A stretch of 35,735 bases of DNA from an uncultured Clostridia bacterium (GTDB lineage: Bacteria > Bacillota > Clostridia > Oscillospirales > Ruminococcaceae): NCBI GenBank assembly GCA_944387515.1, contig CALXFL010000001.1, positions 1 through 35,735 of the forward strand. Direction: 5' to 3'. The translations under genes and the position numbers were made by a program. The notes beneath the pieces were generated by a model, which ran no database searches, was not told where the DNA came from, and was given only the letters and a program-made list of their open reading frames with translations. How positions within the stretch are numbered: position 1 is the stretch's first letter; the number at the start of each line of letters is the position of its first letter. Shown piece after piece: positions 14,891 to 22,831 of the stretch.

Positions 14891-16456
14891 GTGAAAAATC
14901 TTATCTGCCCCTATTGTTTTGAACCTTTTACGGATGAAGAGGTGCATTTTCGTTCTGAATATGTGAGCCCCGATGAGTTCCCCTTCCCGGAAGGATATGA
15001 CGACATTCAGGATTTCCGCACCCGTTATCGGGGCAGCGACCGGGATCAGCTGCTGGAGGCCTACGATGTCTGGGAGGTCTTCCGGCCTGCCATCTCTCCC
15101 AAGTATGAGAAGTTCTGGGCTGGATTCAGCGAAAAAAAGGATCAGTTCAAGACTACCGAAAAGGAACCGGCTGCCAAGTACTTTGGCGTTGAGCCCTATA
15201 AGCGTCCTGTATTGGATCCCGGCAGCCCCGTCCATCAGAAGTTCCTCCGTCCCCAGAAGGATGGATTCTTCATTCGGGACGAGAATGGCATGGTTTCCCA
15301 GATTCAGCTGAAGACGGGAGAGAAGTGCAACCGCCGGGTCTGCCCTCATTGTCACAATCCTTTGCCGGATGGCTATGGCGCCCATCGGGTGCGGTTTGTA
15401 TCGGTCATCGGCATCACCGGTGCAGGCAAGACAGTCTATTTTTCCCAGCTGCTGAAGCGGATGGATAAGTATGCTTTTGCCATTGGCATGTCATCTACCA
15501 CCACCACTGCCAGTGTTCAGAACTTCCTGGAACAGAATGGGGTAGAAAAGCAGAAGCCGCTGCCCACCTCCACGCCGCTGCGGGAAATGCAGCAGCCTCT
15601 TTTCTACGACATGACCTATTCGGTCAGCTCTACCCACAAAGAAACCGAGACACTGGTTCTCTACGATGTGCCGGGCGAGGTCTTTGACCCCAAAAAGATG
15701 GCACTGCTTCCGCTCTATGCGCCCTATATCCAGCACGCAGATGGATTGATTCTGCTCATCAGCCCCGATCAGTTTGAGGTGGTGGCACAGCTTCACGAGG
15801 AAACCCGTCAGCTGAGTGACGCACAGACCGCTTTGCAGGCTATTCACAGCACCGTGGTGGGCGGCGGTACAGAAAAATGCACCCGGCCGCTGGCCATCTG
15901 TGTGGCTCAGGCGGACCAGCCCAGAATCCAGGCGGTGCTCAGCCCCTCCCTCCGGGATAAGCTGCTGAGCGATGTTCGCAGCATCACTGGAAGGGATGGC
16001 CGGCCGGCGCCCTTCTTCAACGGCAACGACTATAACCTGCTTTATACGGAGCTGCAGGACTTTATTCTGAACGCAGATCCAGTTCTGGACAACACCGCCC
16101 ATACCAACTACCTTCATTACAGCTATTTCGCCTTTACTGCTTTGGGCTGTGAGGTGAAGCGCAACGAGGAACAGGGCTTTGATTACCCCGTAGGGCCCGT
16201 TCTGCCCAAGCGGATTGAGGAGCCGCTTTACTGGCTTCTTTACAAGCTGGGGTACATGGGCACTCAGGGGATTCCTCTTTCTGATCCACTCTGCTGTCCC
16301 AACTGCCACAGCTATGAGGGACCGGATCCATTGCCCGAGGATCACCAGTATGTGGAGGGAAGAAGATGGTTCTTCTTTCCCCATAAGATACCTGCCACCC
16401 ATATCTGTCATAAATGCGGACATCATTGGGTGCAGGAGGAAGGAGGACAGGGATGA
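14891..16456 (+). CDS. TRAFAC-type P-loop GTPase flanked by zinc ribbons
   Basis: GTG start at 14891 after RBS AAAGGAG. N-terminal CPYC...CPHC and C-terminal CPNC...CHKC Cys pairs. G1 GITGAGKT, G3 LYDVPGE, G4-like VAQAD (compare the septin-type AKAD). Confidence 0.85.
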   Translation: MKNLICPYCFEPFTDEEVHFRSEYVSPDEFPFPEGYDDIQDFRTRYRGSDRDQLLEAYDVWEVFRPAISPKYEKFWAGFSEKKDQFKTTEKEPAAKYFGVEPYKRPVLDPGSPVHQKFLRPQKDGFFIRDENGMVSQIQLKTGEKCNRRVCPHCHNPLPDGYGAHRVRFVSVIGITGAGKTVYFSQLLKRMDKYAFAIGMSSTTTTASVQNFLEQNGVEKQKPLPTSTPLREMQQPLFYDMTYSVSSTHKETETLVLYDVPGEVFDPKKMALLPLYAPYIQHADGLILLISPDQFEVVAQLHEETRQLSDAQTALQAIHSTVVGGGTEKCTRPLAICVAQADQPRIQAVLSPSLRDKLLSDVRSITGRDGRPAPFFNGNDYNLLYTELQDFILNADPVLDNTAHTNYLHYSYFAFTALGCEVKRNEEQGFDYPVGPVLPKRIEEPLYWLLYKLGYMGTQGIPLSDPLCCPNCHSYEGPDPLPEDHQYVEGRRWFFFPHKIPATHICHKCGHHWVQEEGGQG

Positions 16457-19400
16457 CCAGCAAGTATTACCGCTGCTGTTATACCAACGACACCTGGCAG
16501 CAGGACGGCCGCCTGGCTTCGGGCTGGCGGACAGTGGCTGCCTCTCCTGATTTGCCCCAGCAGGCCCGGGATACCTGTGGTTGGATGCAGAGCAGCGTGG
16601 TGCCCACCCGTCCGGTGAATCTGGACGAGGACGGCAATCCTCTGAATCTGCTGGAGATGGCCGGAGACGGTCAGTTTTTCTACCTGATTCGCACCCAGTA
16701 CGGCCTTCAGGACCGGGAGGGACGGGCCAACATCTTTTCCCATGGCTACATCTTTCCGGCAGAGTCCTCTCTGATGGAGAATCCTGCCGTCCTGTTGACT
16801 GCTGCCGGCCGGGAAAATTTTGGTCAGAGCATCGCAGAGGCAGAGGCCAAAACACCCAATTTTACCGGCAGCCTGCCCGCTCTGGCGGAGGCCCGGATGC
16901 GTTGTGGACTGGATGAAAAGCGTTACCTGACCCTTATTCGCTGTGTCTACCTTCAGATGACCCAGCGTCAGGCACTTTGGCCCCTTTATATCCAATGCCG
17001 GGACGAGGAGGAAATGAAGGCGCTGCTCTGCTGCATTTATGCAGCGCTTCCCCGGTATCTTCGGGGAAGACTTTACGTTTCCTCTGCTGAAATGGAAAAA
17101 AGAGGGCGCAACCTGATTTTCGTCCGGTCCGTAGCAGAGAAGAATCACTGGCTCATTCCCGCTACCGGAGAAAATGACCTGCTCACGCCCCGTGTCATTC
17201 AGCGGCTGGAACGGCTGGAATTTGTGGATTATCCGGTAATCTGCCAGCAGGATCAGGAACGGGCGGATTACTTTGACCGGCTGGAAGCGGAAGCAGACCG
17301 GCTCACTGTGGGGCTGGCTGCTCTTGCGCCCAACGATTCCCGGCAGGAGATGGTGCATAAGATTGCGCATCAGATTATCTGTGATGGGAATGCCCGTACC
17401 GGTGAGGAACTGGAGATCCGGTTGGCGGATGCCCTGCGGGCACCCCAGACCGACCGTCTGGACCTGTACCTGGCCGGGCTCCTGAAGCAGTACAGCGGTC
17501 TGGGGCTCTTCCTGACCCCGGAGGCGGAGGAGGAGCTGGCGGCCAGAGTACAGAATACCCGGCTGCATATGCTTGTTGATCAGATGGATGCCTATGACCG
17601 CCGCCGGCTGCTGACTCTTTCTCCCGAAGAAGGCGCCAAAGTTCTGGCTCTGCGGGATGAAGCAGCTGTGGAAAAGCTCCGGCCTTTGCTGCTGGCTGAT
17701 GCCCGGGGAACCGAGATCTTAGACCAGTATGAAGCAAATGCGTTGGGAGATTCGCCTGACTGGAAAACACTCTGGAGAGGTGTTCAGACAGTTTCCACGG
17801 TACCCCTTCCAGTAACCCGGGCACGGATTGAGGCCCTGGCCTGGCAGCGTTACGAGAAAGAGCTGGCGCCTGGCACCGCCCGTCAGACCTTTGAGGACTA
17901 TATGGCGCTGGTGTCCCGGTTGAATCCTGATACTGCTGCCCAGCTGGGGGACCGGGCCAGACTGCGGTATTGGCAGGACTTTTCTCTCACCTATGCCAGC
18001 CCCGAGCATCTGTCCGAGATGAATTTCTTTGTGATGGATGAAGACCGCCGTTGTCAGGTGGCCAGAGCCTTTGCCGCCTTGCCCATTTTCCGGGAGAAAA
18101 AGGGCGTCCGGCAGTTTTTGCGGGCCCTTTGTAGCTTTTATGCCAACTATCGGGCAGACCTGAGCCGGATGGACGGAGAGACCGCCATTGGACCGCTGCG
18201 CCAGCAGATGGAGCAGGCAGCTCAGGAGAACGATCTGCTCAACCGTTATATTGGCCATTGGATGGCACTGGCAGTGCGGCTTTCACCGGAGGAACTGGAC
18301 AGTCTGCTGGAGCTGGTTGAGGCAGCCAGCAAAGGGGAGACAGCCTCCTTTATCCGCAATGCGGCTTCTTTGCTGGAGGTGGTAAACCGTCAGGCCAGCG
18401 GAGAGATCACCTGGCTCAGAGGGCTTTTAAGCCGTCTCTGGCAGCAGCAGGAGCGCACAGGGGATGCAGTGCCGCTGGATGTCTGGCTTTCTCTGGCAGT
18501 TCCGGGAGAAAATCCCTTTCTGTCTCTGGCAAGCCTTCAACCCCGGGTATTGGAGCTGCCTCCAAAAGAGGTGGCAGCGGCCAGCCGGCTGCTCTTCCTT
18601 CCTCAGATTCGCCAGTATGCAGAGGAATACCAGCGTGGGGGAGAGCTTTCCCGCACTGTTAAACAGTGGATGAACACGGTACGGCAGATGGAAAAGAAGG
18701 GACTGGCGCCTGCTGTTTTGGACGAGGAGCCCAAAATGCCGCCTGTTCATGAAGTTGATTCCAGCCGGGGACAGCAGGACCGTTTCAGTAGTGTGCTGGA
18801 AATTCTCCGTCATCAGGAACCGGCGGAAAAATCCGGTGTGGATACAGGAGACAGAGCAGGAAGTGCCTTTGAGCCGTCTTCCCGCCAGGAACCTGCGGCC
18901 AAATCCAGCTTTGAGGGGCAGGACAGTCTGGACAGCGTGTTTGAACTGCTGCGCCGCCGTTCGGAAGAGAGCAAGGCGGTGCCGGCCCAGCCGCCGGAAC
19001 CTTCTCCGGCTTTGGAAGAACCTGCCGGACAGGACGGGCAAAAGGATGAATGGGCAAGCCTGTATGCCAGCATGGATCGTTTTCTGGGCAAAGAGGTGCC
19101 CGATTCTGAAACACCTGCGCCTAAACAGGAGCCTGAAAAATCCTGGCAGAGCACTGCTTCGGGCAGGATGACCTCGGGAGCATCAGTACGGCCGCTGGAA
19201 CCGCTCCGGCAGGAGAAGGAAAAGCAGCCGGAACAGGGAAGCTTTGGCAGTTCACCTTCTGACGCCAATTACAGCAGTGGTTTCGCTTCGGAAAAAGGGC
19301 GCAGCGGTGCCACCATTCCGGATGTGCCGCTACAGGGCAGCACGGGAACTGTCCGGTCCGGTGCCTCAGTCCGGCCTCAGGACATTCCCCCTCAGGGAAA

Positions 19401-19704
19401 TACTGACAAACAGGAGCCGTCCCGGGGATTCAGCGGCTATCAGCCCACTCCGCCCCGGTACTTTGACCAGGAGTTTGACACTCTTCGCTCTGGTGCGTCG
19501 GTCCGGCCTTCGGAGACAGCTGGGGTGCATGGAGCAGAGTCTCCCTTGACGGAAAATACGCCGCTTCAGGATCATTCCGGCGGAATCCATTCGGAGCAGC
19601 TGGAAAGAGGCCAGACAGAACCTGCAGACGCACCGTCTCAGGAAGGACCGGCTTCCCAAGTCTCTTCCCTTCTGGACCGGCTCCGGGGATTTTTCAAGAA
19701 ATAG
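16453..19704 (+). CDS. Large GTPase-coupled protein (1083 aa): conserved N-terminal module, helical body, ~330-aa disordered repeat-bearing tail
   Basis: ATG at 16453 overlaps the upstream TGA (ATGA, 16453-16456), preceded by AGGAGGAAGGAGGA. N-terminus is MTSKYYRCCYTNDTWQQDGRLASGWRTVAASPDLP. The tail has three SGASVRP repeats (19174-19194, 19357-19377, 19489-19509) and repeated SV(L/F)E(I/L)LR motifs. Confidence 0.8.
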   Translation: MTSKYYRCCYTNDTWQQDGRLASGWRTVAASPDLPQQARDTCGWMQSSVVPTRPVNLDEDGNPLNLLEMAGDGQFFYLIRTQYGLQDREGRANIFSHGYIFPAESSLMENPAVLLTAAGRENFGQSIAEAEAKTPNFTGSLPALAEARMRCGLDEKRYLTLIRCVYLQMTQRQALWPLYIQCRDEEEMKALLCCIYAALPRYLRGRLYVSSAEMEKRGRNLIFVRSVAEKNHWLIPATGENDLLTPRVIQRLERLEFVDYPVICQQDQERADYFDRLEAEADRLTVGLAALAPNDSRQEMVHKIAHQIICDGNARTGEELEIRLADALRAPQTDRLDLYLAGLLKQYSGLGLFLTPEAEEELAARVQNTRLHMLVDQMDAYDRRRLLTLSPEEGAKVLALRDEAAVEKLRPLLLADARGTEILDQYEANALGDSPDWKTLWRGVQTVSTVPLPVTRARIEALAWQRYEKELAPGTARQTFEDYMALVSRLNPDTAAQLGDRARLRYWQDFSLTYASPEHLSEMNFFVMDEDRRCQVARAFAALPIFREKKGVRQFLRALCSFYANYRADLSRMDGETAIGPLRQQMEQAAQENDLLNRYIGHWMALAVRLSPEELDSLLELVEAASKGETASFIRNAASLLEVVNRQASGEITWLRGLLSRLWQQQERTGDAVPLDVWLSLAVPGENPFLSLASLQPRVLELPPKEVAAASRLLFLPQIRQYAEEYQRGGELSRTVKQWMNTVRQMEKKGLAPAVLDEEPKMPPVHEVDSSRGQQDRFSSVLEILRHQEPAEKSGVDTGDRAGSAFEPSSRQEPAAKSSFEGQDSLDSVFELLRRRSEESKAVPAQPPEPSPALEEPAGQDGQKDEWASLYASMDRFLGKEVPDSETPAPKQEPEKSWQSTASGRMTSGASVRPLEPLRQEKEKQPEQGSFGSSPSDANYSSGFASEKGRSGATIPDVPLQGSTGTVRSGASVRPQDIPPQGNTDKQEPSRGFSGYQPTPPRYFDQEFDTLRSGASVRPSETAGVHGAESPLTENTPLQDHSGGIHSEQLERGQTEPADAPSQEGPASQVSSLLDRLRGFFKK

Positions 19705-19725
19705 GGCTGCAGGAAAGGAGAATCA

Positions 19726-21093
19726 ATGGAACGGCTGAAAGAATGGCTGCCGGCTTTTTCGCCGGCAGGGATCATACTGGCGGCAGTGCTGGCAGCACTG
19801 CTGGTCTGGAGCTTTTATAGCTGGAAGCGGAGGGGCCAGCCTGTCCGGCGGCGGGTCTCCGCACCGGATCCCGGTCCACTGTACTTCAGTGAGCTTTACG
19901 GGGGCCGGATCTATCTTCCTGTGGGTTCCCGCACCGGTGCGCTAGGGGAGCCGAATCGGGCCGGACAGAGTGTGATTTTGCAGGAGCTGACCAGCGGAGA
20001 GCAGTTTTGCCTTCAGCGTCAGGGAAGCCACAGCGGAAAGATGGCCTGGCAGGTGCTCTGTCCGCCTCAGTGGCAGGACATTCTCTGGCCCTGTGATCTG
20101 GTGAGACTTCGCCGCCCGGATCAGAAGAGCGGGTGCACGATTCTCTCTGACCGTTTCTGGGGAGAAGATCCGCCCACACCGGAAGAGCAGCTTCAGCGGA
20201 TGGACCAGGAGGAGCTGGCTCTGGTGATGCCTATGGGCGGCTGTCCTTCCGGACTGACGCCGCTGTCTGGTCTGCTGGCCGGGATGCAGAAGTCGCTGGA
20301 AGCACCCAATTACATCACCCAGCCCCGGATTGCCCGGTTGGCGCTCTCCCTGGCGGAAGTGCTGGCGCGGTTGGAGGAGCGGGGGTACAGCTGTCTGGAC
20401 CTCCATCCTGACCGGCTGCTGGTGACACCGGACGATCGGATCTGGCTGGATTATTCCAGTCTGATCTGTCCGGTGGATCAGCTGGAAGTGGGTGTTCAGC
20501 TGAAGGAAGAGGAATTTCCGCTGGAATTTGCCGAGCCGCTGCTGGGAACCGGCAAGCGGCAACTGGCCGATCTTCACACCGCCCGGTTTTCTCTGGCGGC
20601 ACTGCTCTTTTATCTGCTGTTTGGAGCTTATCCCTATGATGGACGGCTGATGTCCGGTTATGCCGATGGTTCGGTGCAGCAGCACTTTGTCAAATTCAAG
20701 GCCTATCATCAGGCGCCGGTGTTTCTGTTTGATCCGGTGGATGACAGCAACAGGCTCGTCTTTACCGCAAAAAGTGAGCCGCTTAAAGCGGCATGGGAAC
20801 AGACACCTCTGCCAGTGCAGCAGGCCTTTGTAGAGATTTTGGGTACACAGAATGCGCTGCGGGAGCAGCCGGTTCAGAATCTTTCTCCGGCTCAATGGGC
20901 AGAGGTGCTCCGATGGCTGCCAGTGCTCAAGCCATCTGAATCAGCAGAACCAGTCCGTACAGCACCGGCTGATGAAGCAGATATACCGGCAGTGCAAACC
21001 GCCCCACCAGCGACAATGGCCGGATCCCCAGCTGCTTCCACCGCTCCCACTGAGGGAGACGGGTCAGAAGCGGATGGAGAAACCGCCCTGTGA
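19726..21093 (+). CDS. N-terminally membrane-anchored protein kinase-like protein, probable pseudokinase
   Basis: RBS AAAGGAGA then ATG at 19726. TM segment AGIILAAVLAALLVWSFY. Catalytic-loop-like GYSCLDLHPDRLLV (compare HRDLKPENILV, Lys and Asn not conserved). DYS in place of DFG. C-lobe signature FSLAALLFYLLFGAYPYDG. No obvious Gly-rich loop or VAIK. Ala/Pro-rich acidic tail. Confidence 0.75.
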   Translation: MERLKEWLPAFSPAGIILAAVLAALLVWSFYSWKRRGQPVRRRVSAPDPGPLYFSELYGGRIYLPVGSRTGALGEPNRAGQSVILQELTSGEQFCLQRQGSHSGKMAWQVLCPPQWQDILWPCDLVRLRRPDQKSGCTILSDRFWGEDPPTPEEQLQRMDQEELALVMPMGGCPSGLTPLSGLLAGMQKSLEAPNYITQPRIARLALSLAEVLARLEERGYSCLDLHPDRLLVTPDDRIWLDYSSLICPVDQLEVGVQLKEEEFPLEFAEPLLGTGKRQLADLHTARFSLAALLFYLLFGAYPYDGRLMSGYADGSVQQHFVKFKAYHQAPVFLFDPVDDSNRLVFTAKSEPLKAAWEQTPLPVQQAFVEILGTQNALREQPVQNLSPAQWAEVLRWLPVLKPSESAEPVRTAPADEADIPAVQTAPPATMAGSPAASTAPTEGDGSEADGETAL

Positions 21094-21655
21094 CAAACAG
21101 AAAAAGCCAGGGCAGCAGGGGAAAGTAGTCGGTGGAGAAAAAGTCCGCCGGCGGAAATCCAGTCCATACCGCCAGCATACGAAGAGGCAGCCCGGCAGTT
21201 TCGCTCAGAGATGGCAGGGTGATGGCCCAAAGGGCCAGAAAGACGATGAAACTCCCGGCTGCGTCCAGAATGGGCGGGATCCGGCGGCATAGCCGGTCCA
21301 GGGGAATCATCAGCAGCATAGCCGAGCCAGTAAAGGTGAGCACACCGCAGATAACCCGGTTTTCCGGGATAATGAGCAGGGTGACGATGGTGAGGAGCGC
21401 GCCGGCGCCCAGCACCGTCAGTCCTCTTTTCAGGTGATGGCGGCCCATGGGCCAGCAGAAGCCGGACAGGAGAATAAAGGTCCAGCAGATGCTCTGCTGC
21501 CAGAAACGGGCAGCGTCTGAGGTAAACCAGCCCCAGGGCAGGCCCAGCAGATAAAACCCATCCCAGCAGGCGTGGTAGGCAATCATGCTGAGGATGGCAG
21601 CGCCCCGGATGGTATCGGGGAGAGCCGCCCGGCGGGCGGAAGAAGGGGATGGCAT
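20927..21655 (-). CDS. DUF1624 / heparan-alpha-glucosaminide N-acetyltransferase-like integral membrane protein
   Basis: ATG (reverse complement of 21653-21655) is 7 nt after RBS AAAGGAGG (reverse complement of 21663-21670). The N-terminus ...IRGAAILSMIAYHACWDGFY and C-terminus GRFALPVYLLHQPVLYG are typical of the family. Polytopic. Confidence 0.8.
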   Translation of the reverse strand: MPSPSSARRAALPDTIRGAAILSMIAYHACWDGFYLLGLPWGWFTSDAARFWQQSICWTFILLSGFCWPMGRHHLKRGLTVLGAGALLTIVTLLIIPENRVICGVLTFTGSAMLLMIPLDRLCRRIPPILDAAGSFIVFLALWAITLPSLSETAGLPLRMLAVWTGFPPADFFSTDYFPLLPWLFLFVTGRFLHPLLTRLPQWERWKQLGIRPLSLVGRFALPVYLLHQPVLYGLVLLIQMA

Positions 21656-21795
21656 GAGATGGCCTCCTTTTTGGGGGAAGACCCCCGGGATTTCTGCTTC
21701 TATCCTACCACGGGGGGCGGGAATCTGCAAGAGGCATCCTGGTGAAGATGGATGCCCGACAATGGGGAAAGATCCCCGGAAAGTGAGGATGCAAG

Positions 21796-22818
21796 ATGGC
21801 AAACAGGGAAACAAGGGGGCAGCCCTTTTCCGCTCTGGCCGGAAGAATCCGACAGGTGAAGGAGCAGGATTCCGGGCTGCTGGCCCGTCCGGATGCCTTG
21901 CGGGAGGCGCTCCTGTCGGCGGGGGCTTCTCCGGTGGAGGCAGCGCAGGTAGAGCTGATGGCGAGGGTCACCGGCTTTGCCGAGCTGATCGATCCCACTG
22001 TTCCAGCTCCTCAGGCGGTGCTCGAGCGGTACATCTACCACGCTATCCGGGAGTCTGGCCTTTCCCGGACAGTAGTCTGGAAGCGGGCGGGAGAGCTGGC
22101 CTGGGGAGTAGGCAGTGCTGTGGACATCACCAGCCTGGTTCCGCCGGAGGATACCGATATTGAAAAGGGAAGCTATGTAGCACCTGCTTCGGTTTATGAG
22201 GAGGAACTGAACCAGTTCGGTCAGGCTCTCTTCGGTGGGGGAACAATGGGACAGTCCAACGCCGGAAATCTCAATTTTGACCTTCTGACAGCCGGACTGG
22301 CGCTGGGGATTCCCCGGGCCCGGTACTACCTGGGCTACTGTCTTCTCCACGGCACTGGCATTGCCCAGAGCAGAGAAGAAGGCATCCGGCTGCTTCAGCA
22401 GGCGGCGGACGGCGGTTGCCTGCCGGCAGCGGCAGCCCTGGCGGACTGCTATTACGAGGATGGTCCCGTTCATTGGCCGGCAGCCTGGGCCCTGTATACC
22501 GGCCCGGGTGCCGTCTGTCTTGACGATGCCCGTCAGAAACGGGTGCGCGCCATCCTTGCACAGCAGCAATGGAACAGAACACTGGCAATCGGTGTTAGCA
22601 TTCTGGCAGTGCTGGCGCTGGTGTTGGCGGTGGCTTTGCCCCGGGAAGGACTTTATGCGGTTTCATCCCTTTGGCGGTGGCTCGGAGCGGCAGCAGCGGT
22701 AGCAGGCACCGGATTGGGCTGGTGGCGGCTGTTCCGGCAGCCCTGCGGCCGCCTTTCCTGGATGCCTGTGGGAGCGTTGGCCTGCTGGGCTATCCTGATA
22801 CTGGGAATGCTTTTATGA
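21796..22818 (+). CDS. Sel1-like repeat protein with C-terminal transmembrane helices
   Basis: Sel1/TPR-like repeats (ARYYLGYCLLHGTGIAQSREEGIRLLQQAADGGCLPAAAALADCYYEDG), followed by hydrophobic helices AIGVSILAVLALVLAVAL and later ones. Divergent from the DUF1624 gene across a 140-bp spacer. Confidence 0.7.
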   Translation: MANRETRGQPFSALAGRIRQVKEQDSGLLARPDALREALLSAGASPVEAAQVELMARVTGFAELIDPTVPAPQAVLERYIYHAIRESGLSRTVVWKRAGELAWGVGSAVDITSLVPPEDTDIEKGSYVAPASVYEEELNQFGQALFGGGTMGQSNAGNLNFDLLTAGLALGIPRARYYLGYCLLHGTGIAQSREEGIRLLQQAADGGCLPAAAALADCYYEDGPVHWPAAWALYTGPGAVCLDDARQKRVRAILAQQQWNRTLAIGVSILAVLALVLAVALPREGLYAVSSLWRWLGAAAAVAGTGLGWWRLFRQPCGRLSWMPVGALACWAILILGMLL

Positions 22819-22831
22819 AAGGAGGAAGGGT

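Noticed and set aside
1802-21093. The tubulin-like locus as a horizontally acquired island flanked by mobility signatures.
   Set aside because: I saw no flanking direct repeats, tRNA, integrase or obvious compositional break. Accessory status remains possible but is not supported by anything visible in this window.
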